A stretch of 64,000 nt of DNA from Pseudovirgaria hyperparasitica (taxonomy: Eukaryota), in NCBI GenBank assembly GCA_010093815.1, contig ML996566.1. The stretch is one strand, 5' to 3'. The notes beneath the pieces were generated by a model. The model was not told where the DNA came from. It was given only the letters and a program-made list of their open reading frames with translations, and did no database searches. A program made the position numbers and the translations under genes. Shown piece by piece: positions 27,021 through 40,717 of this stretch. Within the stretch, counting starts at the first letter, position 1. Each line of letters begins with the position of its first letter.

Positions 27021-29657
27021 TCACCTCGCAGCACCCAGCTCCTGCGTCAGACTCTCAATCTCCGTCATCCGCAACGCCGCCTGCACACTATTGACAAAAT
27101 GCCTCTCGCCACCACACAGCTCCACGATCCCACTCGCCTCAAACAGCGCCTTCACCCCCCTGCCCTTGCCCGTCGGCACACGACAGAAGAAGACGCGCAC
27201 GCCGCGCTCGACATAGCTGCTCACAATCTCATACAGCACCTGTGCGCCCGCGCCGTCCAGACTCGTGACGCCGTGCATGTCGAAGATGACGTTCTGGTTG
27301 TGCTCTTTGTTGCGCACCCGGGGCAGGGCCGGATGTGCGGCGCCCGTGCCGTGGTCTTCCAGTCGCTTCAGTCGGTTGCGCAGGTCGCCTGTGTTGGCAA
27401 AGTGGAGGGGTTCGGGCACCTTGACGATCAGGCAGCCCTCGATGAACTCGACGAGGCTGGGCTCGACTTCGGCGTTTTCGAATCGGTCTGAGGTGCCTGG
27501 CACGCGGCCGAGGATCTGGATGCGGGGGCGCGTGCTATGGCGGACGACGCGAAGGAGCGAGAGGCCGATACCGATTGCGATGCCACGCTTGATGTCCCAA
27601 ACGATCGTTGCGACAAAGATGAGGAGCATGAGTCCTAGCTCGGACCAACCTCGAATGCGCCAGAAGAACGCGATATCGTGGGGTGCTTCCTCAATCAGCG
27701 AGTACGCGACCACGGATATCATGGCAGACAAGACGCCTTTCGGAAGAAAGTAGAAATACGGTGTTAGGAATAGGGCGGAGAGTAAGGAGAAGATGCTGAG
27801 AAAGACGCTGCTCATCGGTGTACGTCCTCCCGTCGAGGCATTCACCTTGCTCCTGCCATATCCACCAAACGCAGGCAACGCCATGAACAAGCCGCCTGTA
27901 ACATTGGCCACACCAAGCGCGACGAGCTCGCGATTCGCACTGATGTGAATGTTCTGTAGTCCTTCACCTGTTGGGTCGTGTGGGTTTCCTAAGCTCTTTG
28001 CTGCTACAGAGGATTCAAAGAATCCCAGGAGCGCAATAATGAATGCTGTGTTGACAGCATCAGATGCGTATTTCAAGTGTGACCACTCAAAAGGCCAATG
28101 CACTGCAAAGATGGCTCCGTCGGCTTGGACTTTACCCAAGATCTCGAGACCATGCTCGTCCCAGCTAAACTTCCATGCGAGGATGGCCGACAAGACCACT
28201 ACAAGGAATCGGTCTGGTATGAAGACCACAGCTGGATAACGAGGCTGTAACCGCTTTTTCATCTCCCTACAACCTCTTCAGTACTGCTAATGTTTGCGTG
28301 CGAAACGACTTACCGTAGGACCATGATGATGGCAAAAGCCCCAAGAGATACACCAGCCGTCAAAGCATGTGACTTTCCAAGATTCCTGACCAGAAAGACA
28401 ATCTGCTCCACACAGCTTCCATGAGACACGTGACCCGCCTGCGAAGCAACTGCTGTCAGGCCGAGCTCTGGAATAAGCTGAGATACGAAGATGACAACTC
28501 CTATAGCACTGATGAATCCGCGTAGGAACGGCTTGCTCAGGACAGAGTCTAGGAATCCGAGTCGGAACAGACCAGATATCAAGATTATCCCTCCAGCCAT
28601 GAACGTGACTATCCCAGCAATCTCTGCATTGATCTGGCCGTTTTCATCGTCTGCCGTTCCTTTCTTGATGTTCTCCCGTACGACCTCACCCGTCAGTAGC
28701 GAGCCGGGGGCTTCGGGACCTACTACCATCTGCGGACACGTGCCAAGCACCGCATATATTATGGGATTCAGGACAAAGCTGTAGAGACCATTTATTGGAG
28801 GCATGTGTCCAAGATTTGACGCGTATGATAGCGACATTGGTATATAGAATGAGGCCATAGTCAGTGCAGATATGAAGTCGCCGCGCAGGTACGACCATTT
28901 GTATTGTGGTAACCAGTTGACAATAGGGATGTAGTATGCGAGATACCTGTGTGTAGCACGTTAGCAGAGCATTCCTAGGCAAGACGTACGATGTAAGAAC
29001 GTACATGAATCTTCGATTCCTGATGCCATGCCTCCTCGCAAGATAATTTGTTGTGGACGTCTTCATTCCCGCAGGGGCTCCCAGAACGCCATCGACAATG
29101 GCATCACCTAGTAGAGCTGATGTTTCCGACTGATTGTCCCCAGCTCCATCACCCATTCCTCCAGGATACTTTCCTCCAAACCCATCTCGTATTATACCGG
29201 AATGGAAACTTCCGTAGCTTCTGCTGGTCTCTGGTCGCGGCGAGAATGTTCCATGTTGACTCCCTTCTGTTTCGGCACCTCTCCCATGATCTGAATCTTT
29301 CTGGTGTACTAATCGCGCCCGCACAGCCTGTTCGAACGATGAAGACAGTGTCCCTTCCACAGAGCGACCTTCCTGCGTTGTGGATGTCTCAGCTGGTTTA
29401 GCTGCGCCAGGTGAAGCTCTACCCTCGCCAGTCTCAAAGTCTCGAGCAGAAGAAGTTTCGCCTCTCTCAGCAGCTGTGCCAGGTATTGTCATTCGAGATT
29501 CGGGGGAGGTGGAGGGAAGACGAGATTCGCGTAGGTTGCTTGGATTCAGTGGTGCGTGATGTCGCTCCTTGCCGCTAGATATAGAGGAATCTCGTGAGTG
29601 TCCAGGTGTTTCAATTGGCGACGTTGGTCGGGAACCTTTTGCTGATTTGGGATGCAT
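27021..29657 (-). CDS. SLC26/SulP anion (sulfate-family) transporter with C-terminal STAS domain; 3 exons
   Basis: Introns 28947-29004 and 28267-28313. Motifs YIPMSLSYA, VVGPEAPGS, ANRELVALG, FGGYGRSKVN; STAS motifs PLHFAN...IFDMHGVTSLD. Confidence 0.93.
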
Positions 29658-30249
29658 CGTATGGTCTCAATGACCTCGGCTGCGTACTGCCTCACGCCAG
29701 GACTCTGTCGTATGACGCAGCAATATCCGAGAACTTTACAATTCATACACTGCGAACAGCAGTTTCAATGAGCGTATATGTGATGCTGGAGCCTCTATGG
29801 CCTTTGTGCAACGGAGACGTGAACACAAAAAACCTTCCGATACGTTGAGCTGGGGTTGAGAGTCGGCTTATAAAGACTCTTTTGAATTTACCGGCTTTCT
29901 AGCTAACGTCGGAAAATTAGCTGGAAGCCACTGCAGATCCCGCGCCATCTCCAAGGCTAACTTGACGAGCTTATCTAGCTATCTAGACGGCCTCTTTTTA
30001 GATATATAGTTTAGTATATATATGCTCTTTAAATGTTGTACTATAACGTATAGTACATACTATGTTCTTATATAGCTGCTACACGAGTAAGCGGTGCTGA
30101 CGAGGTACTAACCAAGACACACACCTAAGGCCCCTACCCGAGGAACAAGCCTCTCACCCTTTGCAGATCCCTCTTATCAAAATTACAAGGGCGAATGCAT
30201 GAGATACATGACCATAGACACCTTCTCTTACTTCGCTTCCGTACGACTC

Positions 30250-30640
30250 CGTGTTCTTCTCCCAATTCTCTCCTGACTATAAAACCTACGCATTGGACAG
30301 ACTATGTAAGGAGCGAGAGGACTGCACGAGCTGCTCCAGCTGCTACAGGACTCCACTGTCTGCGAGGCCAGGCTTTCGTCCAGTCGTATGTGATATTATA
30401 CCATCGCATTTCGGAACTCGCGTAAAGGTAGACTGTGGATCATGCCTAGTATTTGAGTGGATGGACTATGATCTACGATCCGTGTACACATCCTAGAGCT
30501 GTTTCAAAGACTGCTCTGTCAGCTCTCCACCCGTTGAGTAGACTCGACGTTGTTCGTATAGGTAGTGATCCTATCTCTGTTTTTTTTCTCGTGGTACTAA
30601 TGCTGTGAATTTTACAGGCATATAACCTGGATTTGCTAGA
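30250..30640 (+). pseudogene. Decayed Ser/Thr protein kinase fragment
   Basis: CLVFEWMDYDL (kinase hinge-like) is followed by a stop and frameshift, then AVSKTALSALHPLSRLDVVRI. A GT..CTAA..CAG intron then falls where HT|D normally sits, followed by G-I-stop-P. An AT-rich stretch precedes it. Confidence 0.5.
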
Positions 30641-33293
30641 CTGAATTGTACCTCTATACCTTTTAGCCATCGAGGATAACACAACGCGTCGACTCGCCTG
30701 GTCACTCGGGGTCACAGTCAGTATTTGCATCTATATCCTGATGCAGCGGATGGGTGCACGTCACGGATCAGGATGTATGTTCATTAATTGGGTGGGTCAC
30801 TAGTAGGTCCACTGGCTTAAAGTAGTGGAACGTATACGTCGTATACCAAGACAATTTGACAGGAGCTTGGAGTGGAGCACAAATTCGGGATAGCTCTCGA
30901 CTACATATTCATTCATCTGCTGTCAAACTGTCAGTAGTAGCATGACGGCCTGATCCACTGTCGTACGACATAGAGGCGACTCCGAGACGCAAGATCGATT
31001 CTGTGACAAGTCTTCGTGCTCGATTGACACGTGTATTATGGTGTATAGATCCAGAAGGGATGTGCTCTGAAACAGGGCCAGTTGTGGGAGCGCCACGGAT
31101 TGTTTCATGTGCACTGTGTGCGTCACAGTGACGGGGTCGACAATAAGATTGCTTGCCATCAGGCGATATCAGTTGCTCCAAGCCTGAATGAGTGTTGTAT
31201 GCATGTTATTTTGGACTTTCCAAGAATGGTAGACGCGAAAGCTATGAGCACGGAGGCGGAGTTCGTGGGATAATGGAGTTCGGGTTCGTGGATAGAGGTC
31301 GTCTTGTCGTCGTCTGTAGGCGGTTTTCCAATGTCGATGGCAATTAGGTGGTTATAGGGTAAGATAGTAGCATTAGATGGCCAACAAAAGCTAGCAGGGG
31401 CGTGGCGTGGCCGGAACATTTCGTTGCTGGGCTGCCCCTCTCTCAATCTGTTTGCTGCAGCAAGGCTGTCCCAGATGTCCATCATCTGCGCCTCTCACGG
31501 CTAGGATGTACTAATGTAGCATGGCGAATCGGTGGTGACTCTAAAGTAAGTAATAAGTCGACGTGGTGTGCAGGTCGCTGTAATGCTGACTGACATCTTG
31601 AAGCACCACAGTGACCACACCACGATCGATTACGTCGTCCACGGGTAGGACGATGCCTCAATGCACAGCGCACAACGCACAGAACCCAGATTCTGGACCC
31701 AAACAGCCTCGAGCGCGGCAGTGATAGGGCCATCTCCCGAACCACGGCATTACGCTCGGTTCAGGGGCACGATTTCACGAATCGTGAGGATCGTCAATAC
31801 AGAAATAGCGAGGTTTGGCATGTATCGACTATGTTTCGAGAGGCGCGTTTACGGTAGCACCAACATCGGTTTCAAACAGCGCCTAACTCGCTCCGAGGTT
31901 CACGCACATTGCTTGTTATTTCCAGGTGCACTCCTCTGTACTGTCATCTAGCGGTATTATGGAAAGCCTACGTATACCAAAATAAAAGACTCCTTTTCGC
32001 TAAGCCGCCGGCGTTCAGGGGCAGCCAACAGCCGTTCTCATATGGGGCCGGGTCCCACAGTCTACCGAGTTCAAGAACGCAAGAATCGGCGTGCGACTCG
32101 TGAATAGGCGCCGATGCCTCTCCAGCATCGCCAGTGGCTGACATCGTGATCCTTTAGAGAGAGAGAAAGAGAGCCAAAAAGCCATAGAGGGACTCGGCAC
32201 TCCCAATACAACCAGGCGCAAAGCGATTAATCGTGCAATTGCAGTGGGACCTGCCCCTCTCTTGCATGTACATCCCTCGCATTCAACTCATGGATCCATG
32301 GATGCCAGTGGGTGCTGATTGGTAAGACGCGGTTAAGGCGCAGGGCCTGCAGGGCGTAGACCAGACTGCTGAACATGTTGCAACATTTTGGTCGAGGAAG
32401 GACTAAGCACGTTTTATAGCATCTTAAAATGCGAATTATTTTGATCGTCGAGGGATGCATTTATGGATATTTTGGTATAGCCTCAGCCTCCTTGTGGGAG
32501 ATGAAGCACTGCCCAGGGATGCTGTTGTTGTATTACCATGTAATTATGCGGTAAATCGTTAATAACCGGAAAATAACTGGCTGTATAGTCTAGTGCAAGC
32601 CTCCCCAACCCAAAAACTGGCTATTCAGCCCCATAGTGCTCGCCCTCGCCCTCCCTGCTCACCCTCCTTTGCCATCTCTATTCACTAAAACACTAAAACG
32701 TAGCTGTGGGCTCCTCCAAATGGTGGTGGTGGGCATTGGAGGCTAACCCTTGCCTGTCTGCGACCCTTCTCCGCTCAATTGCTTCGAACGAACCTCAACC
32801 CTGACTGCCTGAGCCGCCTTCAGCTCTACCTCTCCATCTTCATCTTCCACCGCGCCCACGGTCGCCTACACCCACCCGCTGCCTTCGTTCATTAATCTGT
32901 CCGGCATCATTGCCTCGTTCGTTTCTGCTACAAACGGTCTGGCACTATTCATACGGATTTCTGGAGGGCACTTCGAATGAGCAAGGGCTGCCCGTCTGTC
33001 CGCCTTATCACCGTTCGTCTATCTGCCAGTACAACATCCTAGCCATATACCTCGTCCACCGGCATTCACGTCATTCTCAAACAATAATAGCAGCCTGCCA
33101 CTGCAAGTCGCTGAGATTTGCCATTTCTCTCCATCTTCGCTGTGAACTCGTAGCCGTGACCGGTTCTTCGGCTAACGATCGTCGCTATCCCTCCCCGACC
33201 GTCACCGCGCAGCGCATATTCATAAGAGACATCTTCAAGGAAACAAGGGCACTGAGTTTGCGAAAATAGCGGCAACAGGAATACTCATAGACA

Positions 33294-36200
33294 ATGGAGT
33301 CGCCAAATGGATTCCCCGAGTCGCCTCTGGACCAGGAGGAGGTGTTTCCTTGCAGAGGTTGTGGAGAGGTGAGCATCTTCTATCTTGGCTGTTCCGCCCT
33401 CGTCACTGACGAATACTTTTTGCAGATTCTAGAAGAATGCAAAGCCTTTGAACTCGGTACGTACGACAACGAGGACGAGCAATGCTTCCAGTCGTACCTC
33501 TAGTCTACAGTCATTACAGGTATCGCCTTATGGTCTCGTTGGATTCAACTGACTTTGTACCAGCTGGCAACCGATGGCATATCGAATGCTTCAAATGCAA
33601 CACTTGCGGCGATCCACTCGACTCCGATGCCAACCTGCTTCTCCTTGGCGATGGCACCCTCATATGCAACAAGTGCACTTATTCTTGCAATGCGTGTAAT
33701 CAGAAGATTGAAGATCTGGCGATTCTCACCGGCGACCAAGCCTTTTGTGCGAATTGCTTTCGATGCCGGAATTGCAAGAGAAAGATTGAGAACCTACGGT
33801 ACGCCCGCACATCTCAAGGCATTTTCTGTATGTCTTGCCACGAGTCAGTGATGGCGCGCAAGCGGAAGAGGTCAAGACAAAAGCAGCAAGCTGCTGCGAA
33901 CGGCAGCACGCACTATGAAAAATCTCTCCCTGCGCTTCCACCCAAAGATGCCCCACCAGAGAGTTACAACGGGTCAAGAGATATGTCTTCGAATGCACAT
34001 AGGTCAATTGACAGGACCGAGCGTTCGCCGTCAAATATGTACAGAGACACTTCTCCCACGTCTCATAACGATCAAAGAGGTACTGTTACTCATATCTCAA
34101 TGTCTCCACCACTTCTAACGTCATCAGGAGACAATCTTATTCTACCCGCTAGCACTTACCGCCCCTCTGTAGAAACACAGCAAGATGATGAAGTTGAGGG
34201 TCCTGATGAATTCTTCATCCCACTGGCGTTCGACCCTACACCTGCGCCTGGACCTTCCCCACATGCTCAAGGTCGCGCCTACAATGAGGACACGAGTGCA
34301 GGAGCGATGGAACCTCAGCCGTCGAGAGACTACTTCAACAGTGTCAGACCGTCACAACAGTCCCACAGAGACCATCTGGGAGATGAACGCGGACCTCCTT
34401 CAAGATCGCCTTCCGCCGACCGCGACCGTCCACAGAAGAACAGTCCTCATATAGCTTATCAAGAGAAAGGACGTCATCCCTCAGATAACCTTGTGGATAC
34501 TCTACGTAGGAAGAAGGACGTGAACATGACGACGGGTGCATCGCCGAGCGTTGCTCCAGACCGTTCAAGACCACCGAATACCGCACAACACTCCGCTTCA
34601 CCATCCAGTGGTCGCAGTGAGCCAGTGCCTAGTGATGGATTCAGGTTGCAAGAGCCCCCTAGAACCAAGAGGTCGGACTCGAGGAGAAACTCAAAAAACG
34701 ACTCATGGTCGTCTAATCAGGCACCGACCAACGATACTGCCGCGCGCACCAAGAGTTCACCAGTTGAGCTGCCCACAAACTTCAACACGCAGGAGCTGCC
34801 GACGTCATATAACCAGACGCGGGAAGACACGGTGACAAATCAGCAGCCCCAGCGGTCCAAACGTGAGGACGGAGTAAGTAGAAGCATCACAGCTAGACTC
34901 TCCACGGACGGAAGGCCCTCTCCGTCTACCCCAACACCCCGCGCACATGAGCGAAAGACGTCGACATCATCAGTGCGCAACAGTCGCGACCCAACATCTG
35001 CTGTACAGACTAATGTAGGTCTAAACATCTCAAGCCCGATCGAGTCTCCAGTATCCAAGAGTATCCACGATATGTCCATACCGCCCCGCGCGCCCAGTCG
35101 GCCAACGCATTCAGGCCATATCGCGTCAAAAGATTCCTACACCACCCCTCGTGCTCCACCCGCGCCTCCTGGTCCACCAAGCTCATCTCATAATGCGAAC
35201 GAGTCCGTCAGCTCTGCCCAGAGCGACGGTTCGCAAGCGCAAGGCTCATCGCCAGCCATCTTGAGATACAGTGGTGGTCCGGAATTCTCTCTCGAAGCCG
35301 ATGTCGCGCGCATCATGGGAGATGCTGAATCGAACGAGAAGGAATCGTCTGTCCTACGCCGAGTGTCCAACGCCGTTTCGAAGCACGGGCGCAGCTTCAG
35401 CGATCGCGGTAGCTCGCGTGCATCGACAGGTAACAAGCATAGACACGGAGCGAACGGTTCTGTTGATATCGGCAGCCCTACGACTGCATCGCCTGACACC
35501 AAGGACGAGCTGATCGAGCTTAGGAACAACCTCCGGCGTGCAAATCAGAAGATTGCCGAGCTCGAGGCAGACAGAATGAGTTGGCAAGACAAGATGAACA
35601 GTCACGCCGATATCAAACAAGCAAATACTGAGCTGAAAGAGAAACGGTCAACAATGGCTGTGCTAGATACCCAACGGGAGATGATCATTCGCGAGCTTGA
35701 GATCATCACAGATCGCCTCGCCAAGGCCAAGGATTCCAACAGGCCGATTGACACTTCTTCTTTGAGAAGCGACATCTATGGCGAATTCTCTCGCTCTCTC
35801 GAGAAGCTGAAGGACAATCTTGGTCACCAGATTGAGTCTTTGATGCAGAACAGACAAGAGCTGACGACTGAGATCTCAAACTTGATTCAGATGAAAGACA
35901 AAGGCTTTCAAGAGTACGAAAGCTTGACATCCAAGAATCAACAACTAATTGAGATGAACAATCAATTGGTACAGAATATTCAAGGAATGTACAAAGCAAA
36001 CAAAGTAGCCCAGCCAAAGACGTCGTTCGAAAGCCCACGGCCTAATAACGCAGATGCGCTTGGGATATATCGCATGCCCGCAGAAGAGAAGTCGAAGCAG
36101 TCGATGGAGAGTCGGACTATGAGCACCGATACTTCCGGTCAAAATCTGCTCAACGACGTAGACCCAGACCAGACCGTCATATCCAAGCCTCAAATTGTGG

Positions 36201-37255
36201 ACGTCAAGAAAGCAAAGGCAAACAAGTTTGGGAATTGGAAGAAGGGTGGAGGAGCCGCAGCCAAAGCTTTGGGCAAGAACATTAAGGGTGCATTTGCATC
36301 TACCAACCAACAGCCAACGACACGGGGCGACGAGCCTTACCAGCTGATCAGCAGCCCTTACAACTCTACAGCGCCAACGGACCAGTTCAATGGGCCTGCC
36401 GTACCGTCTCCCTCGACGACCAAGCCAGGCGACCCCCAGAGAAGTGGCAGCGGGTTCGGTTTCTTCGGTGGCCAGCAAAAGGGTGTCGTCCCGGGCAAGC
36501 CATCCCAGTTGAAGAATGCTACAAATAACGACAGCAATCCCAGAGAGGACGCCGTGTCGCCGTCGACACTGTTTGGATCTGATCTAGTGCAGCGATGCAA
36601 TTATGAGAAGCGCATCATCCCGAACATTGTCATCCGCTGCATCCAAGAAGTTCAGATGCGTGGTATGGATCTCGAAGGTATCTACCGAAAGAGTGGCAGC
36701 CAAAGCGCAGTCAACGCTATCCGCGACGGGTTCAATTCGAACGACGACTATGATATTTCCGACCCAGACATGGACATTACTGCCGTGACATCAGTTCTCA
36801 AACAGTACTTCCGAAAGTTACCCAACCCTCTGATAACTGTTGACATCTACGATCGGTTTCTGGCCGCTGGAGGTGAGCAGATAGTCGAGCTTGGACATGA
36901 GAGAAGCAGCTAACAGTGTGGCAGCCATCCAGGAACGGGAGAAGCGGATCGTGGAGATTCGCAACGTGCTGAACGACCTTCCAAAACCGCATTTCGAATG
37001 CCTACAGTTCCTGATCTTTCATCTCGCTCAGGTGACTACCAAACCAGAGACCAAGGTAAGGCATACAGAACGTTCTTGACTTGGCGGTGCTGACTGTCCT
37101 AGATGAGCGCGTTGAACCTGGCAGTAGTGTTCGGCCCGACCATCATGCGCCCTGATTCGATCGAACGAGAGATGACCGATACGAACCATGTAAAGAACTC
37201 TGTTATTGCTCTCATTGAGGGCGTGAAGGACATTTTTGGCACGGAAGCAGCCTGA
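33294..37255 (+). CDS. Rho GTPase-activating protein with N-terminal LIM domains and coiled coil (Rga1/Rga2-like); multi-exon
   Basis: LIM motifs CRGC...WHIECFKCNTC and CNAC...FCANCFRCRNC; RhoGAP motifs EGIYRKSG, SVLKQYFRKLPNPLIT, MSALNLAVVFGPTIM. Introns at about 33369-33425, 33457-33562, 34080-34127, 36872-36924 and 37056-37102; stop TGA at 37253-37255. Confidence 0.93.
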
Positions 37256-38085
37256 GCAGCCGGCGTTATTTCTGGTGATGGAATTTGGCTTTGCACGTAA
37301 TCTTCGCACGCACCTTGCGGCATCCCTTTCGTTCAGAGCGATTACTCCAAGGAAGGATCTCACGGATCCCCCGGGCGCGCTAAAGGTCACAGTCACGGTT
37401 CTGACAACTAGTCTGTTCTGAATTTGCTCGACCTGCCCGCGCTCCCCTTTCTGCACTCATTGTTTCGAGCGTTCCTCATAATCCTTCACGATCACGACTG
37501 CTTTTGTACAGCTTTGCTTTAGTCGTTCATACCGCGTTCATACCCCAGGCAGACGGTCGAGCCACCCGAGGCTCTGCCCTTTGGATGATGTTTGTTGTGA
37601 TTCTACGGTTCGGGCTAGGTCCAGGAGGGTGTCGCTCTGGGTGGATCATATCGAGCGCGACTGTACATTAGTGACTTGGCGACTATGTAGAAAGAAGACT
37701 ACATGGATTGGATGCATGAAGCATCACTGTTCTACAATGCGTGCCGGATACTCTTCCAAGTTTTGCTAGAGGGCCTCCTGACCGTGAATGCTGCTTGCAA
37801 AGAGCAGAGTATAGATTCAGGGGCGGTGTTAAGACGGTAGCGAGGCGTGAGTTGAACCCGTCCATCCATTCCGTAGAGAGCCGACCGAAGCGCAACCTTC
37901 CGGCATATAAATAAGGCCCTACTCTCCTCTTCAGTCTGACTTTTTTTTTCTTCTTCTTACAACTCTGTCCCACAATTACCCTGTCAAATACGCTTACACT
38001 TCCGCTTATACCCACATTTTCATTTTACATTCACAACCAAACAACCTCACACTCACACTCAACCATCCTCTACTACAACAAGAAC

Positions 38086-39270
38086 ATGTCGTCCTCAAAC
38101 ATTTCTCCCGACAACATATCCTACCTACGCCTCCCGTCACCCATCATGTCGTTTTCAAACATCTCTACCGACAACATATCCTACTTGGACATGTCCCTCT
38201 CAGGCATGTCGCCTTCAAGCATGTCCTCACCCATCATGTCCCCATCGAACCCATCCTACATGGTCCCGGACATATCCTACTTGGACATGTCATCTCCACA
38301 CATGTACCCTTCAAACATGTACCCCTCGAACATGTACCCCTCAAACATGTCTCTCTCAAGCATGTCCCCCGCAAGCATGTACCCCTCAAGCATGTCCCCC
38401 TCAGGCATGTCTCCCGCAAGCATGTACCCCTCAGACATGTACCCGTCCCCCGCAAGCATGTCCCCCGCAAGCATGTACCCCTCAAGCATGTCTCTCTCGA
38501 GCATGTCCCTTTCAAACATGTACCCCTCAAACATGTCCCCCTCAAACATGTCCCCCTCAGGCATGTACCCGTCCCCGATAAGCATTTCACCCTCAAGCAT
38601 GTACCCCTCAGGCATGTATCCCTCAAACATGTCCCTCTCGAGCATGTCCTCACCCATCATATCCCCATCGAACATGCCCCCAACAAACCTGTCCTCACCC
38701 ATCATGTTCTCCTCAAACATGTCCTACTTGAGCATGTCTCCCGCAAGCATGTCTCCCTCAAACATGTCCTACCTGAGCATGTCCCCCTCAAGCATGTCCT
38801 TCTCAAGCACCCCCTCGCCCAGGACACCTCCCCAAATCACCTCACCCAGGACACCTCCCCCAACAACAAGACCCTCCTCCCGCACCCCACCGCCCCTCGC
38901 CCCTCGAACCCGCAACCCTCGAGCCCGCAACCTCTGGACCCCCCCCTCCTCACCCCCCCCCCAGCCAACAACAACAACAATAACAACAACAACCACCACT
39001 CCCCAACACCCCCACAACCCCTTCTCAATCGACGTCTACTACTCACGCCTCGCCTCTCTTAACGCCGCCCTCGCTGCTCAGACTCCTCCGTCCCCTCCGC
39101 TCACTCCTCCCACCACCAACACCAGGAACACCAGAAACACCAGAACCCGCAATCCCCCCAACGAAGCATCCCGTCGTCGCCAGCAGAACTTGGAGCGCTC
39201 GCGCGCCACACTCGCGATGCTGCGCCGGGGCCGCGAGACGGCGGCTGTGGTGTTTGGCTATGTGGACTAG
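38086..39270 (+). CDS. Orphan Met/Ser/Pro pentapeptide-repeat protein
   Basis: 394-aa open frame made largely of M[S/Y]PS[S/N/G] units (15-nt repeat). Upstream TATAAATA at 37906, a pyrimidine tract and aagaacATG context; non-repetitive basic C-terminus. Confidence 0.55.
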   Translation: MSSSNISPDNISYLRLPSPIMSFSNISTDNISYLDMSLSGMSPSSMSSPIMSPSNPSYMVPDISYLDMSSPHMYPSNMYPSNMYPSNMSLSSMSPASMYPSSMSPSGMSPASMYPSDMYPSPASMSPASMYPSSMSLSSMSLSNMYPSNMSPSNMSPSGMYPSPISISPSSMYPSGMYPSNMSLSSMSSPIISPSNMPPTNLSSPIMFSSNMSYLSMSPASMSPSNMSYLSMSPSSMSFSSTPSPRTPPQITSPRTPPPTTRPSSRTPPPLAPRTRNPRARNLWTPPSSPPPQPTTTTITTTTTTPQHPHNPFSIDVYYSRLASLNAALAAQTPPSPPLTPPTTNTRNTRNTRTRNPPNEASRRRQQNLERSRATLAMLRRGRETAAVVFGYVD

Positions 39271-39509
39271 GAGGGGCTTGGAAACTTGGAATTGAAAAGG
39301 GGAGAGACTTTTGGGGCAATTTGAATTTTTGGGGATTTTTGGAAGGGGGGTTTTTTTTTTTGGCTTCCTCCTGGGAGGGGAAGTTTTTTTTTGGGGGAAG
39401 GGGAGGAGAGGGGGGGGTTGGTACGGCATGGCGCGGATGTACAAGTTGACCACAGAACGGCATGGCGCGGGAATGCGCGGAATGGGGTATGGTGACGGGA
39501 TATGATGAA

Positions 39510-39862
39510 CGGCATCAGTGGCATCAGCGGCATCAGCGGCATACATCAGCACATCACGAAATCCAACGAACGGCATACAACGAGCGACATCCATCAGCAT
39601 ACATCAGCATCAAACGAAACGAAATCCAACGATCGGCATAGCATCCATCAGCATACATCAGCATCCATCAGCATCAAACGAAACGAAATCCAACGATCGG
39701 CATAGCATCCATCAGCATAGCACGGCAAACATCAGCATTCATCAGCATACGGCAAACATCAGCATAGCACGGCATTCATCAGCATTCATCAGCATACGGC
39801 ATACACCAGCATACACCAGCATACAACGGAGCACAGCATAGCATAGCACGGAACAGCATCGT
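39510..39862. repeat. Degenerate CATCAG/GCATA-based repeats including a ~50-bp direct duplication
   Basis: gcatcaaacgaaacgaaatccaacgatcggcatagcatccatcagcata occurs at about 39607 and about 39671. Confidence 0.8.
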
Positions 39863-40124
39863 AGTAGTTAATTCAAAAATCTTCTTGTTTTCCATTCTTA
39901 CAATGACAAACACCATTCTTCCTACCTACGTGACTTGTTGCTTGAGTGACTGTTTGCTTGACTGGGTGAGTGGGTGAGTGAAAGCCCAAGCAAGTAATAA
40001 GGGTACCCGCCTGGTACCGCCCGCCGTGGTCCGGGGCTTGGGAGGGGAGAAATAGGGGTAAAGGGGGCGTAGGCCGGGAGAGGAAAGTGCGTCTTCGAGG
40101 GAAAGAGGGTGGGTGGTGGTGGTG

Positions 40125-40225
40125 CTGTTGATGATGATGTTGCTGTTGATGTTGCTGTTGATGTCGCTGTTGATGTCGCTGTTGATGTCGCTGTTGATGT
40201 CGCTGTTGATGTCGCTGTAGCTGTT
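40125..40225. repeat. 12-bp minisatellite (GATGTYGCTGTT)n
   Basis: About 7 near-perfect tandem copies read directly. Confidence 0.85.
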
Positions 40226-40289
40226 GATTTCGATGTCAATATTCATGTCGCCGTCTGTTGATATCGCTGTAGTCTCTATTACCATCCAT

Positions 40290-40447
40290 ATACCACATGC
40301 CACATACCTCCCACCACCTACTATTCCACATACGACATACGACATACCACTATATACCACATAATACTATATACCTCCCACCACCTACTATTCCACATAC
40401 CACATGCCACATACCACATGCCACATACCACATGCCACATACCACAT
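40290..40447. repeat. 14-bp tandem repeat (ATACCACATGCCAC)n running into an assembly gap
   Basis: Read directly; abuts the N-run. Confidence 0.85.
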
Positions 40448-40717
40448 NNNNNNNNNNNNNNNNNNNNNNNNNNNNNNNNNNNNNNNNNNNNNNNNNNNNN
40501 NNNNNNNNNNNNNNNNNNNNNNNNNNNNNNNNNNNNNNNNNNNNNNNNNNNNNNNNNNNNNNNNNNNNNNNNNNNNNNNNNNNNNNNNNNNNNNNNNNNN
40601 NNNNNNNNNNNNNNNNNNNNNNNNNNNNNNNNNNNNNNNNNNNNNNNNNNNNNNNNNNNNNNNNNNNNNNNNNNNNNNNNNNNNNNNNNNNNNNNNNNNN
40701 NNNNNNNNNNNNNNNNN
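40448..40717. other. Assembly gap (N-run)
   Basis: Run of N. Confidence 1.

Noticed and set aside
39922..40360. Minus-strand ORFs encoding (TATS)n or (DINS)n
   Set aside because: They are open mainly because of a 12-bp minisatellite, with two competing frames and no independent coding evidence.
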